Virus record (IMG/VR): IMGVR_UViG_3300032095_000017
Location: 1-29,718 of that record
Length of the DNA: 29,718 nt
Origin: a virus
Lineage: Duplodnaviria > Caudoviricetes
Direction: 5' to 3' (one strand)
The notes below the pieces were generated by a model, which saw only the letters and a program-made list of their open reading frames with translations, ran no database searches and was not told the DNA's origin. This document shows, piece by piece, positions 16,542-25,791 of the stretch. The position numbers and the translations under genes are program-made. The number at the start of each line of letters is the position of its first letter. The first letter of the stretch is position 1.

Positions 16542-17573
16542 ATGAACCTGAGTGCAATTGCCCTTGCCTGTATTGCAGCCTACAGCGCCAATATCAGCGA
16601 AGGCTACGGAGTGACAAACCCGTCAAACCAGTTTGCCGTCACCGGCCCCATGGAAACCCGTTTGCGTGACGCCATGCTGGATTCGGTTGAATTCCTGAAA
16701 CTGATCTACGTAGCCGATGTTGACCAAATCAAAGGCCAAGTGGTTAACGTAGGTAACTACGATATCGCCACCGGCCGCAAGAGTGGCGGCCGCTTTACGA
16801 CCACCCAAGGCGTGGACGGCAACAGCTACGAGCTGCGCGAAACCGACTCCTGTGCAGCCGTACCCTGGGCCACTTTGGCGACTTGGGCCAATGCCGGGTC
16901 GCAAGGCGAATTCATGCGCCGCATGAGCCAGAACGCCACCAAACGCTTTGCCCTCGATATTCTGCGTGTGGGTTTTAACGGCACCAGCTTCGCCGCCGAC
17001 ACCGACCCTGTGGCCAATCCACTGGGGCAGGATGTCAACATCGGTTGGCACAAAATTGTGAAAGACCGCTCACCCGAGCAGATTGTCACGGATGCCATTT
17101 ACTTCAACCCGGATCTGCCCACTGACACTGTGCCTAAAGCCGGTGAATACCGCACCCTGGACGCCATTGTGATGGAACTCAAAGCGTTGCTGCATCCGTC
17201 AGTACGTGATGACCCACGCCTGCGCGTTCTGATCGGCTCAGACCTGGTTGCCGCAGCTCAAAGCCGCCTGATGAACCAGGCCAACAAGCCCAGCGAGCAG
17301 ATTGCCGCCCAGATGCTGGAAAAAACCATTGGGGGTGTGCCGGCTGTAATCCCGCCGTTCTTCCCGGGCAAGCGCATTGTCTTGACCATTCCGACCAACC
17401 TGCACTGTTACACCCAGAAGGGCACCCGCAGCCGCAAGTCGGAAAACATCGAAGACCGCAAACAGTACGAGGATAAGTACTGGCGCTATGAAGGCTATGC
17501 CGTGGAATACGACGAGGCCTACGCCGCTGTTGATGAAGCCAACCTGACCATAGGTGCGGCACCGGCAGCCTAA
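16542..17573 (+). CDS. N: Major capsid protein, P2 family (gpN)
   Basis: ALDILRVGFNGTS, NPLGQDVNIGW and YEGYAVE. Confidence 0.95.
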   Translation: MNLSAIALACIAAYSANISEGYGVTNPSNQFAVTGPMETRLRDAMLDSVEFLKLIYVADVDQIKGQVVNVGNYDIATGRKSGGRFTTTQGVDGNSYELRETDSCAAVPWATLATWANAGSQGEFMRRMSQNATKRFALDILRVGFNGTSFAADTDPVANPLGQDVNIGWHKIVKDRSPEQIVTDAIYFNPDLPTDTVPKAGEYRTLDAIVMELKALLHPSVRDDPRLRVLIGSDLVAAAQSRLMNQANKPSEQIAAQMLEKTIGGVPAVIPPFFPGKRIVLTIPTNLHCYTQKGTRSRKSENIEDRKQYEDKYWRYEGYAVEYDEAYAAVDEANLTIGAAPAA

Positions 17574-17582
17574 ACCTTAAGC

Positions 17583-17608
17583 GGCGCCCCTGAACAGGGG
17601 GCGCCTTT
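17583..17608 (+). terminator. GC-rich hairpin after the capsid gene (weak terminator/attenuator)
   Basis: GGCGCCCC-tgaacag-GGGGCGCC followed by TTT. Confidence 0.6.
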
Positions 17609-17629
17609 ACCCAACATGCAACCGGAGAC

Positions 17630-18025
17630 ATGACCATGGGTTTAATTGCTGATTTTAAAAAACGCCAACAGGCCAAAGCCGAGCAAGAAGCTAAGCAACA
17701 GGCCGATGCCTTGGCCAAGGTGAGCATAGGTTTTGACCTGGGCAGATCCGACATGACCGCATTCCAGATAAACGACGCACAAGCCAAGGCCGCCGCGCTC
17801 AAGGATGAAATGGACAAAGCCGGGGTATCGGTTGATGAGCTGAAAGAAGCCTCATCCGAAGCCGGGGAATCAGCGGCTGAAATCAGTAATGCTGCCGCCG
17901 ATGTCAGCCAGGTAGCCGCCGATCTGAAAGATGTGGTACCCGAGGCAAAAAAGCCTTCAGCCACGGCGCCAAAATCCTCGCGTTCAAAGAGCGGCACCAA
18001 GCCAAAAGCCAGCTCGAAAAAGTAA
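17630..18025 (+). CDS. Low-complexity 131-aa protein; probable zero-frame product and N-terminus of frameshifted gpM
   Basis: RBS ggag; contains A-AAA-AAG (17947-17953) in frame and overlaps the start-less gpM frame. Confidence 0.7.
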   Translation: MTMGLIADFKKRQQAKAEQEAKQQADALAKVSIGFDLGRSDMTAFQINDAQAKAAALKDEMDKAGVSVDELKEASSEAGESAAEISNAAADVSQVAADLKDVVPEAKKPSATAPKSSRSKSGTKPKASSKK

Positions 18026-18702
18026 CCGCAGGCGCCGCAGAGCAGCTTCCAAGCCTGCACCTGCAACTGCTGGAGCTGGATGCTGATCTGCAAGCGCTGA
18101 AACGACTGGAACGCCGGGCAGACAAGGTCGCCATGAAACGCGACAAACTGCTGCCAAAGTGGCTGCCGGTAGTTGAAGACTACCTCAGCCAGATAACCAA
18201 CGGGGAGACACAACCGTATGACCATCCTGTATTTGCTAATTGCACTGTGTGGCTGTTTGATGTTGGCGACTATGACAGTGCTCTGCGTTTCGCGTTTCGC
18301 GCCATTGAACTGGGCCAGCCAACGCCGGAGCGCATTAAACGCACCTGGCCAACGTTTGTGGCTGGCACTGTGCTGGATTGGGCTCAAATTCAAGCTGAAA
18401 ACGGCCATAGCCTGGAGCCTTATTTCAGCCAGGTATTTGCAAAGGTCAAAAGCGAGTGGAGGCTGCCGGAACCTGTCACGGCCCTGTATTACAAACACGC
18501 CGGGCTGGCGCTTATCAGAGGCACTGACGGCACAGTCAAACCCTCGACCGTCGGCGATGCGGCGCAGCTTGAACAAGCTGATCAACTACTGGAGCAGGCG
18601 GCGCTGATTTACCGCAACGCCCAGGTAAAAACCATACGCAACCAAATAGCCATGCGCCTGCGGGCTCTGGAAGCCTACAAGGGCCAACCGGCAGACGCAT
18701 AA
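17953..18702 (+). CDS. M: Terminase endonuclease subunit (P2 gpM); 5' part probably reached by -1 frameshift
   Basis: SLHLQLLELDADLQALKRLERRADKVAMKRDKLLPKW...VWLFDVGD; frame open from 17890 but no ATG/GTG/TTG before 18133. Confidence 0.85.
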   Translation, partial: AFSHGAKILAFKERHQAKSQLEKVTAGAAEQLPSLHLQLLELDADLQALKRLERRADKVAMKRDKLLPKWLPVVEDYLSQITNGETQPYDHPVFANCTVWLFDVGDYDSALRFAFRAIELGQPTPERIKRTWPTFVAGTVLDWAQIQAENGHSLEPYFSQVFAKVKSEWRLPEPVTALYYKHAGLALIRGTDGTVKPSTVGDAAQLEQADQLLEQAALIYRNAQVKTIRNQIAMRLRALEAYKGQPADA

Positions 18703-18808
18703 CGGGAACGACTCCCACACCCTCCAGAGCCCTGCAGGAGCGATTAACCGGCGACGGTAAAACCCGCTGTGAATGCAACGGCTCTGAACCCAAACAAGAG
18801 TGAGCAAC

Positions 18809-19276
18809 ATGAGCTTTGGTTATACAGGTGCAACACAGGAACCGATAGAAGTGGGTCAGCAGAGCCAATGGCCCACGCTGTCTACTGCGCTGTTTCGCCA
18901 GCATCGCCGTATCCCTGAGTTTTTTGAAGAGCAGGCATTGGCCGACTCGCTCACCCGCAGCGCCATGGAAGTGCAGCAGCAACTGATTGAATACGCGCAC
19001 AGTGCTGACAGGGATGTCCCATTTGCCGTGGCAATCGATCCGGCCAGCGGATTGCCATTTGCGGAACTATCCGAACAGCAGCAATCGGTATATCGCGGCG
19101 CAGTTTATGCCCGTAGTCATGCCGACCTGCTGGGCTATTTTTCTGCCGTTGACCAGCGCGAAGCGGGCAACAACAAAGCCACAGACACAGAGCAGCAAGA
19201 CGCCATTTTGGGGCAATCAAACCGCGCCGTCCGCTTGCTGCTGGGGCTGGGCCGCTCTGGGGTACATGCATTATGA
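18809..19276 (+). CDS. L: Head completion/stabilisation protein (gpL)
   Basis: WPTLSTALFRQHRRIP and YRGAVYARSHADLL; position after M. Confidence 0.85.
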   Translation: MSFGYTGATQEPIEVGQQSQWPTLSTALFRQHRRIPEFFEEQALADSLTRSAMEVQQQLIEYAHSADRDVPFAVAIDPASGLPFAELSEQQQSVYRGAVYARSHADLLGYFSAVDQREAGNNKATDTEQQDAILGQSNRAVRLLLGLGRSGVHAL

Positions 19277-19755
19277 GCCAGCAACAAACCAAATTGCAGC
19301 AGCTGTGCCAGTACCTCGCCACCTCACTGGCACCGGCGGTAAAAGCCAACGATATCGACGCCTGGCAAGAGCGTGGCCAACTCATTATTAGTGGTGAAGA
19401 TCTCGGCCTGGGCAGTTATCTCATCGGCAAGTGGAAATACACAGCCGTTATCGCGATTGAGCGCTTGCCTCATCGGCGAATAGACCCGTACAACCTGCTG
19501 GCAATGGTTGCCGCCTGGCTGATTGAACACAACCCGGAGCGCGACACTTACGGCCTGGCAGATCCTGATTTTGATATCGACCCTATCAGCAAAGACAACA
19601 CCACAGTGCTGATTGACGTTGAACTGATAGACGACATTGAACTGGCTCAGGACGAACTCGGGCCAATCCTGTTTATGGGCAACCGCTACCGGGTTGCCGT
19701 AGCTGAAACCAACATTGCCGAGTCGGTAGACATTCGCAACAAGGGGGCAGCATGA
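19273..19755 (+). CDS. Tail completion protein (gpR-like)
   Basis: Synteny; LLAMVAAWL motif; ATGA coupling. Confidence 0.7.
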   Translation: MSQQQTKLQQLCQYLATSLAPAVKANDIDAWQERGQLIISGEDLGLGSYLIGKWKYTAVIAIERLPHRRIDPYNLLAMVAAWLIEHNPERDTYGLADPDFDIDPISKDNTTVLIDVELIDDIELAQDELGPILFMGNRYRVAVAETNIAESVDIRNKGAA

Positions 19756-20396
19756 CACTGAGCATTACCCCCAACAAGCGCCAGGCACTGAATGCCAAGT
19801 TACAGCTGACACTGTTGGCCATGCCGCCCAAAAAACGCATCCGCATCCTCAAAACCTTGGGCCGCTACGAACGGGCCCAGGCAAGGGCAAGGATTAGGCG
19901 CCAGCAAACCGTCAGCGGTGAACCATTCGAGCCACGCAGCAACGGCAAGAAACAGCGAATGCTCAAACGCCTTGGCAAAACGCTTGAACCATACGTCAAG
20001 CACGCATCACGCCTGGAGCTGAAACACCGCCAAACGCTCACCGGCCGCATTGCTGCCTTGCAGCAGGAAGGCGGCGCCGAGGTCATGACAGCATCAAAAA
20101 TGCGCCGTATTCATGGCCAGCCGGACTATGACGCCCCGGCCAGCCATTCACAGGCCAAAGCTCTGGCCGCTGAAGGTTACAAAGTACGCAAGGCAAAAGG
20201 CGGCTGGCGCCGGGCATCACTCAACGAAATCCAGCAGCGGCTCAGCGTAGGCCAGGCAGGGGTCATTTTACGGGCCATGCGTGGCAGCCAACGCAAACAG
20301 CGCTGGAACATCCCTGTGCCTGCACGGGAATTTCTGGGCGACACAACTGAAAACGTGCAGCGCCAGCTGCTGAAAATCATTCAACAAACGGGGTAA
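19752..20396 (+). CDS. Virion morphogenesis protein (gpS-like)
   Basis: RIRRQQTVSGEPFEPR and PAREFLG motifs. Confidence 0.8.
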   Translation: MTLSITPNKRQALNAKLQLTLLAMPPKKRIRILKTLGRYERAQARARIRRQQTVSGEPFEPRSNGKKQRMLKRLGKTLEPYVKHASRLELKHRQTLTGRIAALQQEGGAEVMTASKMRRIHGQPDYDAPASHSQAKALAAEGYKVRKAKGGWRRASLNEIQQRLSVGQAGVILRAMRGSQRKQRWNIPVPAREFLGDTTENVQRQLLKIIQQTG

Positions 20397-20401
20397 CACA
20401 C

Positions 20402-21511
20402 ATGGCCACAGGCAAGGTGCAGGTCAACAACCTGAATTTAGGGCAAGGCCCGATAACTGAAATTGAGCGGCATCTGCTGTTTATCGGCCGTGCTGGCAGC
20501 GTTGACGAAGAAAGCCAACTGTACAGCGTCAACGCGCAAACCGATATCACCGAGCAGTTTGCCGACAGCGCATTGCGCGCCCAGTTGCTGGCAGCGCAAT
20601 TGAATGCCGGTCAAAACTGGACCGCCGCCGTTTACCCATTGGCAGAGGCTGAAACCCTGTTAGATGCTATTGATCGCGCCAATGAGGTGCAAAGCTTTGA
20701 AGGCGTGGTGATCTGCGATGTGCAAAACACGCCAGAGTCACTGAGCGCCATCCATGATCATTGCTACGGCCTGACCGCAAAAATGGGGCGCTGGTGCTGG
20801 GCACTGGTAGCCGTGCCGGGCATAGATGATGCCGCCCAAACGTGGGCGCAATATGAAGCGGCAATGGCAACTCTGCAGGATGGACTGGCGGCCCACTTGG
20901 TTGTGCCTGTGCCACAGCTGCACGGCAACAACGCAGGGGTACTGGCTGGGCGGTTGTGTAACCGCGCCGTGTCCATTGCCGACAGCCCAATGCGCACCGC
21001 CACCGGCGCTGTGTTGGGACTGGGGTCTGCCCCCAGCGACATCAACGGCGAACCGCTGAGCCTGGCCACCATTGAAACACTGGCCAATGCCCGCTACAGC
21101 CTGCCGCAATGGTACCCGGACTTTGAGGGCACCTATTGGACAGACGCCAGCACCATGGACGCCGTCGGCGGCGACTATCAGGTATTGGAAAACTTGCGGG
21201 TGGTGCATAAAGCCAGCCGCCAGGTGCGGATCCTCGCCATTCGCCGGGTTGCTGACCGGGTACTCAATTCAACCCCCAACAGCATTGAGATGAACAAAGG
21301 CTACTTCATGCGCCCACTGCGGCAAATGAGCAAAAGCTACACCATCTTGGGGATCCAATTCCCAGGCGATATCGAGCCACCCAAAGAGGGCGATATCACT
21401 ATCGAGTGGCCCAGCAAATATGCCGTGGTGATTTACATGGTGGTGCGGCCGTACAACTCGCCCAAGTCAATCACAGTCAACATCGCGCTGGATCTGCGCA
21501 ATCCGGTTTAA
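20402..21511 (+). CDS. Tail sheath protein (HP1-type, DUF2586)
   Basis: VQVNNLNLGQG...IERHLLFIG, GVLAGRLCNRAVSIADSPMR and GGDYQVLENLRVVHKASR. Confidence 0.9.
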   Translation: MATGKVQVNNLNLGQGPITEIERHLLFIGRAGSVDEESQLYSVNAQTDITEQFADSALRAQLLAAQLNAGQNWTAAVYPLAEAETLLDAIDRANEVQSFEGVVICDVQNTPESLSAIHDHCYGLTAKMGRWCWALVAVPGIDDAAQTWAQYEAAMATLQDGLAAHLVVPVPQLHGNNAGVLAGRLCNRAVSIADSPMRTATGAVLGLGSAPSDINGEPLSLATIETLANARYSLPQWYPDFEGTYWTDASTMDAVGGDYQVLENLRVVHKASRQVRILAIRRVADRVLNSTPNSIEMNKGYFMRPLRQMSKSYTILGIQFPGDIEPPKEGDITIEWPSKYAVVIYMVVRPYNSPKSITVNIALDLRNPV

Positions 21512-21521
21512 GGGGAACATC

Positions 21522-21971
21522 ATGCGTTTATCGGGAATGAATTTTAACGTCAACCTCGGCGACATGCTGATCCACGTTGACACCTGCACCCTGACCATCA
21601 CAGACAACTCTGGCGTAAGCCAAACCAGCGGTGTCCCTGACGGCTATGTGGACGGCGATGTATCAGCATCCGGTGAACTGGTTGTGAACGCCAGCAACTT
21701 CAAGCTGATCCGTGAACAGGCATCCCGCGCCGGTAGCTGGCGTGGCATGGAACCGTTCGACATCCTCTTTTACGGCAAAACCGCCAAGGACGAACTGAAA
21801 GTGGAGGCATTTGGTTGCCGCCTCAAACTCAGTGACCTGCTGGATATCGACAAAAAAGGCGGCAAGGCGAGCACCTTCAAAGTGCCGTTTGACGTAACCG
21901 ACCCGGACTTTGTTCGCATCGACGGTGTGCCGTATCTGCGGCCGGATGAAATTGAAAACATCCCTCAGTAA
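21522..21971 (+). CDS. Tail tube protein (HP1-type, DUF2597)
   Basis: RLSGMNF...GVPDGYVDGDVSASGE...PDFVRIDGVPYL. Confidence 0.9.
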   Translation: MRLSGMNFNVNLGDMLIHVDTCTLTITDNSGVSQTSGVPDGYVDGDVSASGELVVNASNFKLIREQASRAGSWRGMEPFDILFYGKTAKDELKVEAFGCRLKLSDLLDIDKKGGKASTFKVPFDVTDPDFVRIDGVPYLRPDEIENIPQ

Positions 21972-21983
21972 GCGGGCGGCGTA

Positions 21984-22181
21984 ATGGATGATGCGGATTT
22001 TGTTGTCAGGCAGCAGGAGCGACAGGAACAGGTACTCGAGCAAAGACGGCGCCGACTGTGTGGTACCGCCGCCAGTCGCAGCCACTGCCTGGAATGCGGC
22101 GACCCGATACCGGATGCCAGACGCACAGCAATACCAGGGGTAACGCTGTGCGTACCGTGCAAAGCGTGGAGTGAGCGATGA
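21984..22181 (+). CDS. TraR/DksA C4 zinc-finger protein
   Basis: MDDAD...CLECGDPIPDARRTAIPGVTLCVPC. Confidence 0.9.
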   Translation: MDDADFVVRQQERQEQVLEQRRRRLCGTAASRSHCLECGDPIPDARRTAIPGVTLCVPCKAWSER

Positions 22182-22726
22182 ACACAAAAGTAAATTTCGG
22201 CTTTATCTCGGGACTGGAGGGCGGACGCATAACCCGTGGCTACGTTCCGGATCCGGAACATTCCCGCTCTGGGGTAACAGTCGGCACCGGTTTTGACTTG
22301 GGCCAGCGTTCAAGTGCCGAGCTGCATCGCCTGTTTCCGGTGAGTTTGGCTCATAAGCTGAGCCAATACGCCGGGCAAAAGGGCATGGATGCCGTTGCAG
22401 TGTTAGCAAGGGCGCCATTGCAACTGACAGAAGACGAAGCCGAGCACATTGATCTGTGCATCAAGTCAGAAGCCATTGCCAAGTTGCAACGCCGCTACAA
22501 CGCTGCCGCGCCCAGGGAGTTTGCCGACCTGCCGGAACAGGCGCAAACCGTAATCGCCTCAGTGGCATTCCAATATGGCGACCTCGCCAGGCGCTGCCCG
22601 AAGTTCTGGCAAACGGCCATCAGTGCCGACTGGCAAGCCATGGTGCATGAACTGGAACACTTCGGCGACCGTTACCCGGGGCGCCGGAGTAAAGAAGCCA
22701 ACTACCTGAAGCTGATGGGGGCATAA
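22178..22726 (+). CDS. Endolysin, pesticin C-terminal-like muramidase
   Basis: FISGLEGG...GYVP...SGVTVGTGFDLGQ, QTVIASVAFQYG and RRSKEANYL. Confidence 0.85.
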   Translation: MNTKVNFGFISGLEGGRITRGYVPDPEHSRSGVTVGTGFDLGQRSSAELHRLFPVSLAHKLSQYAGQKGMDAVAVLARAPLQLTEDEAEHIDLCIKSEAIAKLQRRYNAAAPREFADLPEQAQTVIASVAFQYGDLARRCPKFWQTAISADWQAMVHELEHFGDRYPGRRSKEANYLKLMGA

Positions 22727-22728
22727 CT

Positions 22729-23274
22729 ATGGACTGGAAAGACATTGCCGGAGCAGTTGGCAAAGTAGCGGGCGCGGTCGGCCCCTTGTTGGGTGGCCCT
22801 GTAGGTATGGCGGTCAGCATCGGTAGCCAGATAGCCGGAGCGCTGGGAGTAGGTGACAGCCCTGATGAAGTCATGGCTGAGCTGCAAAACAACCCGGAAG
22901 CCGCGCTCAAGCTGCAACAGTGGGCCCATGAAGAGCGCCAGCAGATCCGTGACAACCAAGTCAGGTTGCAGGAACTGGATCACGAACAGGAAAAGGCGCG
23001 GCTGAAAGATGTGCAAAACGCCCGTTTTGAACACCGGGATCACTGGATGCCATCGCTATTGACCATTGCCCTGTTTGTGTTGTTTTCCGGTATCAGCATT
23101 GCCCTGTTCAAGCTGTCAATCCCGGACGGCAACCGCGATTTGGTGGTTTACCTTGCAGGGCAGGTAACCGGCTTTGTCGGTACCGCCATCGCCTTCTGGC
23201 TGGGTGCCAGTAAACAGCCGGGGCAGTCTGCAAAACCCATCACCCCGGATAAGTGGGGGTTCAAATGGAAGTAA
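22729..23274 (+). CDS. Putative holin (multi-TM membrane protein)
   Basis: Gly/Ala-rich hydrophobic N-terminus, two C-terminal TM segments and FWLGAS; adjacent to the endolysin. Confidence 0.6.
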   Translation: MDWKDIAGAVGKVAGAVGPLLGGPVGMAVSIGSQIAGALGVGDSPDEVMAELQNNPEAALKLQQWAHEERQQIRDNQVRLQELDHEQEKARLKDVQNARFEHRDHWMPSLLTIALFVLFSGISIALFKLSIPDGNRDLVVYLAGQVTGFVGTAIAFWLGASKQPGQSAKPITPDKWGFKWK

Positions 23275-23513
23275 CCGCTTGGCAAGTCGTTACCGGCGTG
23301 ATTGGCATAGCCCTCAGCATGCTGATCCCGCTGATTGCCACTTTGGCAAACCGTATCACAACCAATAGCAAGGAACTCAGCGATCACAAGGCCCATGTCG
23401 CCGAGAACTACGCCACCAAGGACGACATGCGCCAGATGATTGAAAGACTCGAGCGCCACATGGACAAACAATTTGAACAACTCAGAACCGACATAAAGGA
23501 CAAAGCAGCATGA
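23265..23513 (+). CDS. Single-TM coiled-coil protein, probably lysis-associated
   Basis: N-terminal TM followed by HVAENYATKDD and a coiled coil. Confidence 0.6.
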   Translation: MEVTAWQVVTGVIGIALSMLIPLIATLANRITTNSKELSDHKAHVAENYATKDDMRQMIERLERHMDKQFEQLRTDIKDKAA

Positions 23514-23773
23514 AAAAGACCATCACACTGACAATCGCCGGCACGGATATCAGCTTCAACATGACCACGGCGGATTACAACAACTACATCAATGAAGTGA
23601 TGCCGGACAACAAAGTCGCCCCGGCCCACAACCTGGCTGTAAGAACCGTCAGCGACGAAGGCAAAGAGCCGCTTAAAAAGCTGCTTGAGCAACACCCGGG
23701 GCTGGAAGTGCAACTGGCGGCAAAACTGGCGCAGGACTTCGCGCCAATGGTTGAAATCAGCGTAAAAAAATAA
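23510..23773 (+). CDS. Tail assembly chaperone
   Basis: YNNYINEVMPDNKVAPAHN; ends in GTA AAA AAA TAA; upstream of the TMP. Confidence 0.85.
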   Translation: MKKTITLTIAGTDISFNMTTADYNNYINEVMPDNKVAPAHNLAVRTVSDEGKEPLKKLLEQHPGLEVQLAAKLAQDFAPMVEISVKK

Positions 23774-23961
23774 CCGCGCGGGTACAGGCCATTGACGGCA
23801 ATGGCATCGAGCAACTGCTAATCCTGCGCCGTCACCTGCTGCCGCATGAAGACGACAGCGAACAAAGCCTTGCCCGTGCCAGCTGGCTGTATCAGCGCCA
23901 GCGTGAAGAGCAAGAAACCATTATGGCCAACGCAGTCGCGAGGGCCTTTAGCGGAAAATAA
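23770..23961 (+). CDS. Tail assembly chaperone -1 frameshift extension (G-T type)
   Basis: A-AAA-AAA at 23764-23770; the -1 frame reads ITARVQAIDGNGIEQLLILRRHLLPHEDDSEQSLARASWL...FSGK* and fills the gap to the TMP. Confidence 0.8.
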   Translation: MTARVQAIDGNGIEQLLILRRHLLPHEDDSEQSLARASWLYQRQREEQETIMANAVARAFSGK

Positions 23962-23970
23962 GGGGATCCC

Positions 23971-25791
23971 ATGAGCCTGCCGCAACCACTGATGTTTACA
24001 GTTGGTTTGATAGACCAGATAACCAAGCCGATCGCCAAGATCAGCCATGCGTTTAATGGTCTGGCGGCTGACTATCAGCGCGGCACCTTGCAAATGGCCT
24101 CCGGTATCGGTGGCATTGCCGCCTCGGCGCTGGGTATCCATCAAGCACTGATGCCGGCCATTGAAATGGACCGTGCTCTGGGTGAAGTGAAATCACTCGG
24201 GGTAAGGGAGTCTGCCCTAAAATCGCTGGCTGGCACATCCTACGATTTTGCGCTGCAGTACGGCAAAAGTGCCACCGACTTTGTGCGCTCCAGCTATGAC
24301 ATTCAATCTGCCATTGCCGGGTTGAATGATGCCGACCTCAGTCGCTTTACCCTGGCTTCCAACGTGCTGGCGGTAGCCACCAAAGCCGACGCTGCCACCA
24401 TCACCAGCTACATGGGAACCATGTACGGCATCTTTAAAAACGATGCGCTGGCAATGGGGCAGGGCAACTGGGTGGAGCAGGTTACCGGCATGACAGCTAC
24501 AGCTGTGCAGGCCTTCAAAACCACAGGTGCCCAAATGAGCGCCGCCTTTACCGGCATAGGTGCAGAGGCAACCTCGGCACGTGTGGCCATGAATGAACAA
24601 ATGGCCATTCTTGGCACCCTGCAAGCCACTATGGGTGGGAGTGAGTCAGGTACCAAGTACAAAGCATTTCTGGCAGGGGTTGGCAAAGCCCAGGACGCGC
24701 TCGGGCTGAAGTTTACCGACTCCAATAACCGCCTGTTGCCCATGGTCGATATTCTGAACCGCATCAGGGGTAAATATGGCGATGTGCTGGACGTTACCGA
24801 AAGTGACGCGCTTGCCAGGGCATTTGGTTCGCAAGAGGCGGTGGCAACCATCAAGCTCCTGCTGGCCGATGTCAACGGTTTGGCCGACAGCATTAATATG
24901 CTGGGCAAAGTCACTGGCATGGAGCAGGCAGAGCAGATGGCCGCGGCCATGACCGACCAGACCGAGCGCTTAACCCAAAGCTGGTACGTAGTGCGCGCCG
25001 CATTCGGTAGCGCCATTCTGCCGGCGGTGAATGGGTTCATGGGCAAAATTGCCGATATGGGCAAAGATGTGATCTGGTTTACCCAGATGTTCCCCAACCT
25101 GACCAAGCTGCTGGGCTATACCGCATTGGCGGTGGCCTGGTTGGTCGCCGCATTTGGCGCCCTTACCGTGGTGGTGGGGATCTTCAACATTCTGGCCAGC
25201 CCCATTGTACTGGTAACCGCCGCAGTGATTGGTCTGGTGGCCGCCATAGGCTTTGGCATTGCCTACGCAGACGAACTGCGCAGCATGTTAAGCGGTACCG
25301 GCTGGGGCGATGGCTTGCTGGCGTTTATTGACGATATCAGCGCCATTCTCGGCGGGCTGAAAGACGACTGGCTCGGCGCCGTTGAACCCATGATGGAGCT
25401 GCTGCAAAACATGTCTCCCGCGTTGCAGTTTGTAGGTGGAGTATTGCTGAAATGGATAGCCATCAAACTGACCATGATGGGGCGGGCCTTGGCATGGATC
25501 ATCGGTTTGTTTGCCGATGCCATAGGCATGGCACTGAAATTTGGTGGTGCTGTGTACTCCACGGTCAATGATGTGATTGGCTGGTTCAAAGGCGATTCAG
25601 AAAGCACCTCAAGCGCACCGGCCATGTCAATGGTAGACGCCATAGCCCCAACCAAAGCCAACATTCCTCGCGGCGGGCTAATCCAACAGATGAGCAACGC
25701 CAGCAGCAAAACCACCACCTTTGGCGATGTCATCATCCAAAACCCGGATCCTAACTTCGACTTCGTCAGCTATGTGGAGATGCGCTCATGA
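23971..25791 (+). CDS. Tail tape measure protein
   Basis: 606 aa, Ala/Gly-rich; LIDQITKP, SSYDIQSAIAGL and SGTKYKAFL. Confidence 0.93.
   Translation: MSLPQPLMFTVGLIDQITKPIAKISHAFNGLAADYQRGTLQMASGIGGIAASALGIHQALMPAIEMDRALGEVKSLGVRESALKSLAGTSYDFALQYGKSATDFVRSSYDIQSAIAGLNDADLSRFTLASNVLAVATKADAATITSYMGTMYGIFKNDALAMGQGNWVEQVTGMTATAVQAFKTTGAQMSAAFTGIGAEATSARVAMNEQMAILGTLQATMGGSESGTKYKAFLAGVGKAQDALGLKFTDSNNRLLPMVDILNRIRGKYGDVLDVTESDALARAFGSQEAVATIKLLLADVNGLADSINMLGKVTGMEQAEQMAAAMTDQTERLTQSWYVVRAAFGSAILPAVNGFMGKIADMGKDVIWFTQMFPNLTKLLGYTALAVAWLVAAFGALTVVVGIFNILASPIVLVTAAVIGLVAAIGFGIAYADELRSMLSGTGWGDGLLAFIDDISAILGGLKDDWLGAVEPMMELLQNMSPALQFVGGVLLKWIAIKLTMMGRALAWIIGLFADAIGMALKFGGAVYSTVNDVIGWFKGDSESTSSAPAMSMVDAIAPTKANIPRGGLIQQMSNASSKTTTFGDVIIQNPDPNFDFVSYVEMRS

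Noticed and set aside
17179-18585. 468-aa minus-strand ORF, and other long antisense ORFs over A, P, TMP and J
   Set aside because: Shadow frames of well-supported genes in GC-rich coding DNA, with no motifs.
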